A stretch of DNA of 64,000 nt, taken from positions 186,001 to 250,000 of the forward strand of contig JAQGDQ010000142.1 of the NCBI GenBank assembly GCA_030141605.1, in the 5' to 3' direction. Shown piece after piece: positions 1-11,820 of the stretch (position 1 is its first letter; the number at the start of each line of letters is the position of its first letter). The notes beneath the pieces were generated by a model, which worked only from the letters and a program-made list of their open reading frames with translations, made no database searches and was not told where the DNA came from. This stretch comes from Tubiluchus corallicola (lineage: Eukaryota > Animalia > Priapulida). Made by a program: the position numbers and the translations under genes.

Positions 1-1233
1 TCGAACACTTATTAAACTAATAGGAGCTGGTATGCCGTCAATAGCGTAACACCGTAGTGTCTGGTAAATGAATACTTTTGAGAAGTTTTTTATAGAAATG
101 AGTTCAGCACCGTGAGTTTCATATTTTCTTATCACTTTTGAAAAATTCAATATTGATACTAGAGCTTTTTAAAGGCAAGCTTGAATAGAATTCGTTCAAT
201 ATCCGACTTACAATAGCTATTAAACAATAGCCGAAATTTCACTGAATACCCCTGTGCCTTTTATAAACACAGAGATAGTTTGAAGTGTTGCAAACATTGA
301 AAAGTTAATCCTTTCGCAGAGTTTTCCAACTGTGTGTGTAATCAGTAGTAATAGCTCTTTATAACGTTATGTAAACTTACTCTGTCAGGCAATGTTTGAT
401 AACTCCATAGGCTATTATAACGGTGTGAAAGTCAGACAGAAAGTACATTGGGATAGATGGCTGAGAAGGATGAAACAATAGAGTGAGAGGGACAGATATA
501 GTAAGAAATCTAAAACAGTAAGGCGAGAGGAATAACTAAGTGACTGAAGTCACTTAGTTGCAACAGTTAAGCAGTACCAACCCTGGATAGTAAATTGATG
601 TATATTTGCCAGGAAAATTGTTTTAATACCATCTGTAGGTTATTTTTCTTATTGAGGAAACATACAACATATTCAAAGCGACGTATAATGATTTCGCGGT
701 TTTTTTGAACAGTATATTAATTAACTGTAGTGGTGCTGAGTTGAGTTGAATGAGGGTTTTCAGGATGGCTCTTTATAATATATATTTCCGGAAATGGAGG
801 TGTAAGAAATGACCTGGGTTTGTGTAAACATAAGGTGCCATTTACACCAACGCGCTACTATCTCTGTCGCCATTGTCTGTATGTTTGCCTGTGATCACGC
901 ACGCTAACAACGATGCTCTGTTATATCGCAGGGCCGCCATCATTGTACGAGAAAAAATTGTTTTTGGCAGTTCAGTTTGTGTCATTATTTGATTAAGTCG
1001 AAGGCTTATGGTTTAGCATAGAATTATCGAGCATTTTTATTCTAAAATTCTCAGTTCTGGGCTTCTGAGAGCTTCTGCTATTATTTGAAAGAATAAACTA
1101 ATTATAAGAGTTAGGAAAAGTATGTGAAATGCTGCAAGGTTGTTGTGCGCAGAAAAAGTTATTTTATGAAAGAATATACTAATCGTAAGAGTTAAACTGT
1201 GTGAAGTGCTACAAACGTGTAATTTTTGTGCGC

Positions 1234-1279
1234 ATGTCAATACTGATGTTATTTAGTCAGGAATCGTCATTTTCGAAAG
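1234..1279 (+). CDS. Candidate first coding exon of the RhoGEF (MSILMLFSQESSFSK)
   Basis: ATG at 1234, open frame to the strong donor AAG|GTAAGT at 1280; phase 1 joins exon 3157 in frame (G+CA = Ala). Confidence 0.35.
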
Positions 1280-2651
1280 GTAAGTCAGGTATTGAATAAA
1301 TTGAACTTTTTTAAAACTATTTTATTTTATTTTAGTATAATGCAGTTGCGCTCTTCGTGGCAATGATGAATCTTCAAATAGCATTACCAAGCATTATATT
1401 CCCCCTTAGGTAGTATGACCTTTAATTATCACAGTAATCATCATTTGCAAGAAGGCTTTCTTTCCAATCAGTATGGCAGCGATTACAGCTCTGTCCGTGC
1501 TATATGATACACCAGTGGCTATAGTACTAAATGGCTTCTCTCTCTCATTAGTGGTTTCGTGTATATTTGTCAGTGACCTATTCTAATATCTCCGCGAGCG
1601 AGGGAGGAGGGGGATGCATAATAATTACTGATAAGTGGAATCATTATTGCTATTGCGGTGTGTTGTTTGGCTTGCGATTGAATGATTGTAAAACTATAAT
1701 ATTTATAAGGCGTATAGTTTTATGACTGTATATTGACCATACGCCTGAAGACCAATAAAAACCCACCAAGTGTTTTCCAAGAATACAGGTAAACCTAGAT
1801 GGGGTAAACAAAGTATAGACGTTAAAAATAAATAAAAAAACCAAGTGCTTAACCTAATTATTTGTAATTTCAACCTTTCATTTGAAAGCCTGAGCTTCAG
1901 AATAAATAGAATAGAAATTTATTTCTCCCTTGGATGCATAAAAAATATGATACCTACATGTTATTTCCATTATGGTCCAGGTGTTAGTAAAAGTGAAATC
2001 ACAAAAAATAAAATACACAGAGGCTATTAAAAAATTGCCAATTATTATTATGTTAAACTAAGATTATGTACAAATAAAATAATTATAAAAACTGAACGCA
2101 AGTTAAAACTTAAATGTACTGTAAATCTTTGACTAATATGATAGTAATATCACAAACATCAATAATATCATAATAATATCATAATTATCAATTAAGAGAA
2201 TATAAATGAAACGAAAGGAAGTTACGGACGTTAATATATTGTAAAGTATTATAAGGTATAAATTATTGTATGAATTAAAAAACTAATATAGTCTTAAAAG
2301 ATAGTGAATAGTCAAAAAACTCAAGGCACAAAAGATCACCGATGATTATGTATAAAAAATATGGATAAGACCAAATTTGTACAGTAAGATAAATTTTGTA
2401 CAATATTTAAAAAGCAGATAATAGGGTTTTTGATTTAAGAATGAATCATCTTTGCAGCAAATAATTATTTCCTTTTGTATACTCTGAGACGAGGGAAATA
2501 GGTAAACGTGTATGCTGTGAAATTAGTCATAGCTGGGTCTGCTTAGTAAATGTATTGGTGGTCGCTGGTACTACTTCTGCGTGGTTTGAGCTGCCATAAT
2601 GCCTTTAGTTATTTCTCCCGTTGAAAGTAGATTTGTAATTATGTGCTTATT

Positions 2652-2723
2652 CAAATGTGGATAAGACATCTCTGCTGGCTCAGTGTCTCATCTCAGAGGA
2701 TCATCCTTGATAACTAGCTCATC
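2652..2723 (+). mobile_element. Copy of a dispersed repeat (also at 48588-48676 + and 46772-46860 -)
   Basis: aatgtggataagacatctctgctggctcagtgtctcatctcagaggatcatccttgataa aligns with aatgtggttgagagacctctgttggttcggtgactcatcttagagggatatccttgataa. Confidence 0.6.
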
Positions 2724-3156
2724 TATCTCCTGCCACTACCACCTTCAAATAAAATACCTTTTCAAGTATGGAAGAGTTTTCGTAAATTGTTTTGATGCCA
2801 TGTATTCGCTTTTAGTTCGGCCGATTCTGACAGAGACATTCCAGTTCTGATGTGGTAGTTAGAATTGAATTGTCACAGTCATTCTTCTGTTTTTCGCCCT
2901 TTCTTGTTGTTGCTGACCGTGGCCAGCAGCGGAGCAGCACCGCCTGGCTCTACCATTATAGGCCTATTATAATCCTGTCACTTTTAAAATAAATCATCGT
3001 CGTGCCATTAATTGATTTTCTCTCCTAACTGAGTGAAGAAAATACAATATTGTTGGCTTCCCTTTACGGCGACGTTGTCGCGATCGCTAATCGATCAATA
3101 CTTGTAATCATGGTGTTTTGATAATTTCACGTGCGTCTCTCTATTTTTCATTTCAG

Positions 3157-3278
3157 CAAAAGAAAGTGATTCGCCGTTCAGTCGAGCGCCATTTTTTCTT
3201 AGCAGTCCCAAGTCGTTTACGAATTCTTCAATATCTGCGAAAAAACCTGCTAAAGAAAGGAGCTTGGAAAAACGTTTG
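3157..3278 (+). CDS. Candidate upstream exon of the RhoGEF (KESDSPFSRAPFFLSSPKSFTNSSISAKKPAKERSLEKRL)
   Basis: Strong polypyrimidine/TTTCAG acceptor, open frame, TTG|GTAAGT donor in phase 0 compatible with exon 15745. Confidence 0.6.
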
Positions 3279-3802
3279 GTAAGTGCATATTATTCGTTGA
3301 TAAAAGCGAGTCATTTTTTAACATGTATATGCGTGCGTGTGGGCAAGCCCGTAGAATCTTGTAACGTAACTATTAGGACTGAATGTTTTTTTGCATATTA
3401 ATATCAAATCCAGCTAAAACATGGGTGTCAAGAAAGGTAGATTTCAAGTCTTAGTTTGCCGATACTGACTTGAATCATGAACACCTTAACGCTGTGAGCT
3501 GTTTGGGTGTTAATTATAACTGGGTAAAAGGACACTTTTTGCGCGTGTGTAGATACAGTTGAATAATGTTGAATTTCTGTAATGGACACATTTTTGCTGA
3601 TAAAATGACAAATGTGACACGTGTCTTTCTAGTTGTGAATATTCTGAATGCCACTAATGAAATGGACGGTTTATATTTGGAGGCTATAATGCTTTTTAAG
3701 TAAACTTGATTCAATAAAAAATCTGTTGGCTAGGTATGTTGTCCATACGCTGCTGTCTTATGTGTTTGTGCAAGTTTCACTTAACGTCAGGTGCCTTTCA
3801 CC

Positions 3803-4015
3803 TGGCTTTTTTACGCGGCTCCATAAGGATTTAGTCGTTTTTGTGCAGTCTTTCTTGGCTTCATACATTTTTACAGAGCTCTTCATGGTTTAATACATTT
3901 TTACACTGCTCCACACGGTTTAGTACATTGTTACACAGTACCTCATGAAGCCATTTCAGATATTTTACATGGCCTCATAGGACTTCACCTGTTTTACGTG
4001 CTCCACTTTTTTACA
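3803..4015. repeat. Degenerate 30-bp minisatellite
   Basis: TACATT(T/G)TTACA recurs at 3864, 3894 and 3924, with more diverged copies on both sides. Confidence 0.7.
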
Positions 4016-5685
4016 CTATATCAGCGTATTTAGAGAATCTACGCATTTGCCTAGACATTCGATATACAATTCCAAAAAATTTCGCGTCGCTGCATTGCTT
4101 TTTACACTAAGCTTGTTTTTTTTGGAGTTTCTAAGGCCTACTGTAAATTTTGCAAAGTTTCACGTACTATTATTGTGTTTAAGAATGATTGTGTACTATA
4201 TTACAGCAGTTAGCATGTTGCATGCTGTTACGTTACAATAGGATTCATTTATTATTAGTACACGTTTTTCATAATAAAGTTGACTTGTAGGCCTTCCAGG
4301 TTTCAACATTAACAAAACTCGTTTCAGAAAACACTGTTTTATATAAGTAGCGTTTCGGTTGTGCGCGATTAAAGATTCTTTGCATTTTTTCTCATCATTT
4401 TGAGTCACTTGTGAGAATAACAATAAATGTAGGTTGTTCAGCCACTGGCTGTTCTAGATACATCAAGTAATGAGCATGCCTGAAAATTACCATTTGCACC
4501 TGAGGTGATTGGGTGGAAGAAAGATGGGTGGAACAAGGCTCAATTAAAAGATGGAAGGTGGCAGCAGGAGTCACAAAAACTTTACATGTAATCCTTTAAG
4601 ATAAGTAATGCGTGTTGAACTTGTAAGAATTAGTTGCCTAACGTCTTCGTTTGATGCTTGAGAATTTTTTATTTTTTCCGAAATTTGAGTTTGAATCCAC
4701 CCTGCTCCTAACTAGAGATTAGATAATAACTGGCGGCTATATACATTTGTAAGGGAGATACAAGCAAAAATGCGCCTAATGAATGCATTACCTGTGTGTT
4801 TTGAGTGCCATGGTATTTGATTAGGTCATCTTAAGACGTCTACCGTAACGGACGCATTTACGTGGTTTAATATGAATTTGATTTAATTTTGATAAAATTT
4901 AACTGGCATGATGGAGTTAATTCCGTAGAAGTAGCAGTAGACTTGAGTAGAGGTTAAGTAGTACTTGGTAGTTGTTGACACCTTTTGCTGTATGATATGG
5001 CATTAATAAACCTAACATGGTTTTGAAAAATTTCTCTCTAGGAAGGTACGTTTGTTTTTTTAGTTTGTAGTCTTTGCTATTATAGTGTGTAACTGTATCT
5101 GCTGTGTGTATCTTAGATTTTGTGGGTGAGTGTGAAGTTAGACGTAATAGACATAATTAAAAAATCATAATTATTGGTTGTACCTAATAAAATTTAATGC
5201 GTTAGGGCAATTAAGTTTGCAGTGCCCCAGTAACTTGATTAAATCACAAGTATAATATTCAATATTGCCTTAATGCTACTGGCAGATGCTTCATACTTCA
5301 GCAGACAGAAATCAAGCTCTTGCTTTATTAACTTGTCGCAGTATTTAGTTTTTGTTCAAGAAAACGTACAAAAAGTTTGCTCGGCAGCTAGGAACCAAGA
5401 ATTATTTTACACGAAAGCTGACTGAGGAGGCAGCCTGTCTGCTTCTTCAAGATTATTGATTATAGTGAAGTTAATCACTGCAGATGTAAACTAATTAAGT
5501 CTTTGCACATTAAGTTGCGCATTAATTAATTGAGTTACCCGTTAAAATTATTAATGTCAATTTTCAGAACTCGCCGTGTTTCCCCATTCATGTTATTTTT
5601 GTGCAGATTTTGACATATATCATGCAACGTAATATAAGCTGGATAATTGAACAAATAATTTTTTGGAGATTTGACATGTTTTTGT

Positions 5686-5703
5686 AGTTGCTGCTGCTGC
5701 AGC

Positions 5704-5749
<46 letters not shown>

Positions 5750-6031
5750 AATCTTTCTACTGTTGTTGTTGTTGTCACTGCTGCTACAGATGATGGTTGT
5801 GGTGGCGGCCACAGTACTACTGCTGCTGTTGCTGTTGTTGTTGTTGTTGTTGTTAATCTTTCTACTGTTGTTGTTGTTGTTGTTGTTGTCACTGCTGCTA
5901 CTGATGATGGTTGTGGTGGCGGCGGCAGTACTACTGCTGCTGTTGCTGTTGTTTTTGCTGTTGTAGTTGTTGCTCCTGTTGTTGTTATCGTCGTCGTCGT
6001 TGCTGTTGTTGCTGTTGCTGATGTTGTTATT
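5686..6031. repeat. Compound (GTT/GCT)n microsatellite with an internal duplication of about 105-115 bp
   Basis: TAATCTTTCTACTG...GATGATGGTTGTGGTGGCGGC..CAGTACTACTGCTGCTG occurs twice. Confidence 0.95.
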
Positions 6032-9000
6032 GCAGACTCAAGTCATGGCAAAAGAACAATTTTTGCATCAGTTTCTTTACCTACTTTAGAGTAAACGAAT
6101 TTCCGAAATTTAAACTTGAGCATAAATTAGGAAAAGCCCGAGTGTAAGCAGTAATAAGGCAGCCATTATTTGTTATTTAAATACCTACTTAACATAAACT
6201 TAGCATACAATTTTTGCTACTATTTCAGAACGTCGACATGCGTTTTTCGCTTTTTAAGGCCTTAAAATATATCTTTGACTCTTTTTATAAAAACGTAATT
6301 TCATTTTTCAAACGATATTGATTTCAGCCATAAGATGATTGATTAACTTTAGCAATTACGTTATTTTACGTAAACGAGGAAAATTTTTATTGCTGGATAG
6401 TTTGCACTGGAAGCCCATTCATTATTCTAATCAGACTCTTATTATATGACCGTAATGCATTGCGAAATTGTCTACAGCATGGGATGAGAATAAATGGACC
6501 ACTAAATACAGTAAATAAATTGAGTTTGTGTTGTTCATAATAATGTGTCAGCTTCGCTTAGTTAACCTAAACAGACGGCCAAGCACTTGGGCTGAAGTTA
6601 TTATTACATTATATTAACTATAACTATGGTGCAGGACACCATGTTAGGTTGGTTGTTGATGGAAGTTTTTAAGACAGTGAACAACAGTACTGTAGATTTA
6701 CAGCAGCTAAAGTTCACAGTGCAAGTAAGTAGGTCTGGGTAAGACCTGAAAATGCATTATTTTGGTCAGATTATTAAAGGTCAAGGTCAATATCAATTTG
6801 GATGATACTATAATCACCAAACTCGAGCAGAGATGCGGCTTTTGGGTTTACAAGGTCAAATGTAAAGGTCACAAGATATAAATTTTATTAGTTAGTGACC
6901 TCATATGAGAGGTTGGTCTGCGCTTCTACTAGGGTCCTCTAGATTTTTGACAATTATTAGAAGTTATAGAATACATTTTTAGTAAATGTGTCGTTATGTA
7001 GACTTTCAGTGCATTCCATGCAAACTGGGACGAGACAAAAATAATTTCTTTCATTTCTGCGTTTTTGTGGCGCCACATTTTTTTTCATTGCAAATTTGCT
7101 TCTTGTTATCTGTGTGTAAGTAGCTAGCAGATAGAACTCCTTCATGCTTATGTTATACAATGTGAAAGCTATTGTTTTGATGTTTCTTCTTTAAATGCAC
7201 ATTGCTAATCTTGATCAACAATAAAAGCATTAAAATAAGTTAATTAGTTCAATAAATAATCGCTAAATTTGTAACATTAAATAAATATAAGTAGGAAAAA
7301 GTATTAGAGTAATGAATTCATTTATATTGAGTTATATTTACGTAGAGATAGTAACAGTCATACCGAATAAGTAATGACACTCACAGTAATCATATTCTGT
7401 AGATGATATGGTGCTAACTTTTATAGGCCTTTCTGCGTTTAAGTTTAGCACGTTGATAAATTTTATTCTAGAGCTTTTGTATTGAACTGACGATTTTAAT
7501 CTTCATCATCAGTAGTTTAGACAAGGTAACCTATAGCGTCTCATAAGTTTTGCAGAAGCGACTGCATTTTACTGCTAGTTATTATTATTTCGTCCGGATA
7601 GCGCAACCTACCGTTGCATTTAATCTGTTAGTTTTTGCGTGGTTGCTATGGAGACTGACTGATGAGGAAGCTGCGGTGAAGCCGCAAGGTGTTTACGGAT
7701 GATGCGAGAAAGGCATGATAGGATAATTTTGGGCCTGTAGGGAAAATTTAAGACATTTGCTCAATGAAAATGTCCCGAAGACTCGAATTATCTCTTAGAT
7801 ATTATTAGTTTTCGTTGACGGCAGCAGAGGCTTTCTAAAAAGCTTTCCGTTTCGTTCTTTTATGGATCTTTACTGCTGGGCTTCCTGTATGCCGGCCGCA
7901 ATTACATTTCATGGTAATTACTCCAAGTAATTTATCGTTCGAGCAGGAGGGATTCTGCACAATCTTCACGTGCAAATTAAAAAATTCCAAACCCGAAGAC
8001 ACTTGATTACTTAATTGTTTGAGGTTGTTGCTCTAATTCAAGGACAGCGCCACTTTAACAAATTACTGTTTTCTTCGAGAATTTCGAGTCGCACTGTGAC
8101 GTTTTGCCTGCAGGGTTTTTCGTTCATATTTTTAACAATTTAGATATCGTTGATTTCGATATAAACTTGTGCCAGATTGCTTCTAGATTCTTTTTATGCT
8201 AAAACATTAAGAAATTATTAAATGTCGATATAGACCTGCGATTTTGATAAGCGTAGATTCTATATGTAGTTTGTGGTTTAGTAGAACATTGAAAAACAGA
8301 ACCATGTGCAAAGTACTTTGCGCACATTAAAGTTGCTTTGGTTAATTCGAATATTGCTTGCTCTGCTAAGTTGTTTTCGCTGCTTTCCTCTGGGAAGGTG
8401 AAATTTGTAGAAGCGCGAAAAATAGCCAGTTGCTCTGTGTCTCTATCAAATCAATGACTGCTTTTGACATTATTGTGCTTGCAAGCGGCTTCTGAAATGT
8501 GGCCAGGAAGGAAACTATAGCGTATTATGGGAAATATTTATTTTTTGCTTTCATTTTAAGTGCTTGCTGCCCTACATACTAGATACACGGTGAAGTCAAT
8601 AAATTCTTTATACCAAGAACAAAAACAGTAATGCCTATAATACCCCACAATAAAAAGCTTTACACAGTAGTATCATCAGACAGTAAGGAAAAAATATTTA
8701 ATTTCAAGCTATTGTACAAATATGCAAAAACAAAAGTATTTTGACTATTTTTGAGTCACTAAAAATAACTATGTATAAACACAAGCATTATGATAAAAAA
8801 CGAAAGACTGTAATTATAGAAACAGTCATACTACGAAAGCCAAAAGTATATAAACAAAATCTGTTGATAACCAATGATGGAAGTGATTATTGTGATAACG
8901 TATTATATGGAGCAAATCTTGAATTTTTGCTCTTTTCACACGGCAAAATGGCTTTAAAACATTGCGATTGTTCACACGGTTACTGAACAAACCGTTTCAA

Positions 9001-9769
9001 AACAAACAGGAGATGTTTTGCATTGTTGACGCCAGACCGCTCAAAGAAGTTAGTACAAAACGGTTTGAAAATGTTTTCAATAGTTTCAAAACGGCTTGGC
9101 TGCCGTGTGAACGCTCAGGCCGTTTTGAAAATGTTTTAAAAACGGTGTACATTTATTGTGTGTATAAATGAGTGTTTAATTCTTTTATAATGTTATGCAC
9201 TTTTTAATGTATAAAACAGATTTTAAACAAAAAATAAATAAAGTAAAAATTTGGCAAAAACTAAAAAAAATCAATCGAATAGCCAATTTTTAGCACAGCG
9301 GACATAGCTTGGATCAATAAGTTGAACGTGTTCTGCGTATATTCTGGATTATATTGAATTCATCTGTAGTTATTACTTACCCCCGGGCTGCGCGTATAGA
9401 TGTATCATTAACTGAATTAGGAAGCAGTTTGTTCATAATGCGTCCGAGGAATTCAACATCTCGTATTGTGCTGGAAAAAAGGGATGGATGTAGGACAGAT
9501 GCTTATTGCTGTGCGGCGGAGAGAGTGGTGTGTGTGAGCTGCGGTGGCATTATAATACGGTGCATTGTTGCTTAATAGTAGAGAAAGTTTTCATAAAATT
9601 GGAGCCATGTTTTGCTTTAAGAAATTTGTGTTTTAAATTGTTTTGTGAAAAATCGAATTACGTGAAGTGATGTAAGGCAAATGAGTACTTAAGCTCATTA
9701 AATTTTATAAGAGAAAGTGTATAGCTTTGTGGGAGGAATCTTTTGTACTCTTCCCACAAAACTATACAC

Positions 9770-10320
9770 TTTTAGTACTAGATATACTGGTTCACAACAG
9801 ATACAGCTGTTGACAGATTTGCTGGCTCAAGCCACACACTGCTGGTACCAGATTTGCTGGCTCAAAACAGACACAGCTCAGCTATTACCAGATTTCCTGG
9901 CTCAAAACGGACACAGCTGTTACCAGATTTGCTGTCTCAAGGCAGACACAGCTGTTACCAGATCTGATGGTTCTAAGTAAGCACTGCTATTACCAAGATG
10001 TGCTGGGTCTAATCACAAACATCAGTTACCAGATATGCTGTCTCTAATCAGACACTGCTGTTACCAGACCTGCTGGCTCAAATCAGACATTGCTGTTACC
10101 AGATCTGCTGACTCTAAACAGACACTGCCGTTACCAGATCTGCTCACTCTCTTGAGTACTAAACATATATTGCTGTTACCAGATATGCTGGCTCTAAACA
10201 GACACGGCTATTACCAAATACGCTGGCTCTAAACTGTTGTTCTAAGCTGGATCTGGCTGCTGTTACTCGAATTTGCTGGTATAAAGTTGATATTTACCTT
10301 ATCAGGTGCTGTTGCTCGAA
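9770..10320. repeat. 35-bp minisatellite, about 14 degenerate copies
   Basis: Unit ~GCTGTTACCAGATTTGCTGGCTCAAAACAGACACA starting at 9806, 9841, 9881, 9916, 9951, 9986 and onward. Confidence 0.9.
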
Positions 10321-11025
10321 GCTCTTACTTTTGTTACTAGCTCCTCTAGCTGAAAAGCGGTACCTATGTTTTAAATAGCAAATGGTTTACTTCCTGCTAT
10401 TATGCTTCTTCAGATATCACCGTAGCCTTTTAGACACTCTTAAACAAAAGAGACTATTTTTTTTCATGCAAATGTTATAAGTTAAATTTTATAAGACAAC
10501 AGGAATAATAAAGTGCAGGAAATGCAGACGTAGATAACTCCATTTGCTGAAGACTGTTTCTTGTTAACGTATGCAATAAATGGAATTACCGGCTTTTGCA
10601 GATGTAGCAAGGCAGAAAATCATTGCATAATTCGTGTCCAGATTATTGCATGACTGTTATCTTGCTGATGGTTTGTTACAAATGAATTTCATTACATGTA
10701 TAAACGACAAACCATTTCCTGTATTAAGACGCTACTTGAAAAGTACGCGCTTCATTGACGGATGGGTAACATTAGCAGTTTGGTTGCAAGTACGCAATAC
10801 CGTAATTTGTTTAATCAAATCTGTTCTAGTTTATATTTTTTGTGAAGGACGAATACACCGTTTAGCCAAGCTCAAAGGATAAAATTATGATTGTCAACTA
10901 CCACTGTTACCCGCCCAACTACAGTGCACGATGCACATAATTTCAGCGCAATGTAAAGCTCCACTTATTAATGGTCTCACTAGTACAATATTTTCGATAG
11001 AATTTAACTACATGGTAGGATACAT

Positions 11026-11387
11026 AGACATATTAGGAGACATGGATAAACTTTCTTTTATAAATAGACCCCATTTATTTGTAGCTCCTACCAAACTGCT
11101 AAAATTATAAAAATCAGCCTTGTGGTTAGAGTCTCAATTGTGTTCATGAGTGGTAGACAGAGGAGGACTTTTTAGTTTCTTGCCAGTTCTAGAAATACCC
11201 AAATGTTCACACATTATTACTTTAAAGTGTCTGGACGTTTTGCCATGGTAAGCAGCACAGCAGCTGCTCCACTGAAACTTATAAACAATACCAGGCTCAT
11301 TTTAATAATTTTAGCATTGTGTCCAGAGCTATAAATGACTGGCGTCTATTAATAAAAGAAAGTTTATCCATGTTTCGTAATATGTCT
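11026..11387. mobile_element. MITE-like element with ~47-bp terminal inverted repeats
   Basis: agacatattaggagacatggataaactttcttttataaatagac at the left end versus agacatattacgaaacatggataaactttcttttattaatagac as the reverse complement of the right end. Confidence 0.75.
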
Positions 11388-11799
11388 TAATAGTTTAATC
11401 TCATTAACTTTGTTTTCAAATATCTGACAATAGTTTTATTATATTTTTAGGCCCATAATTTTGTTGTTAAAAGCTTAACAAAGAGAAATTTAATTCATAT
11501 TTTTGAATATTTATAAATCATCAAGTTAATATTAACAATTCGTAAGGGAATTCGTTATGCATGTGTTAATATTAATAAAGTGAATTATGAATATTCAAAG
11601 TTGACTTATTAGCGATAAAACTGATTTACGAATGTTGAAGATTGACTTATTAATATTCATAAATTATTTATTAATATTAAAAAGTAAGCATGAAATTCTA
11701 CTTTGGCGTTGTTGCATGAACTAGCATCTACTAACGTACTAGTTATTCTTTCATCATTTTGGTAAGAGCAGTGTCTGTACTGAAACAGCACATTTCACA

Positions 11800-11820
11800 A
11801 TGGCGAAGGGAATACGCGGG
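11800..11820 (+). CDS. Candidate alternative first micro-exon of the RhoGEF (MAKGIRG)
   Basis: ACAATGG Kozak-like start, 7 codons, GGG|GTGAGT donor in phase 0. Confidence 0.3.

Noticed and set aside
2380-2650. Possible RT fragment on the minus strand (EITK-ALWQLK, ILYKILS)
   Set aside because: Needs several frameshifts and the motifs are too short to support a call.
5588-5966. Poly-N, poly-T and poly-L ORFs
   Set aside because: They are translations of a (GTT)n microsatellite.
9770-10320. CRISPR-like array
   Set aside because: Units are contiguous and degenerate with no unique spacers; the context is eukaryotic and there are no cas genes.
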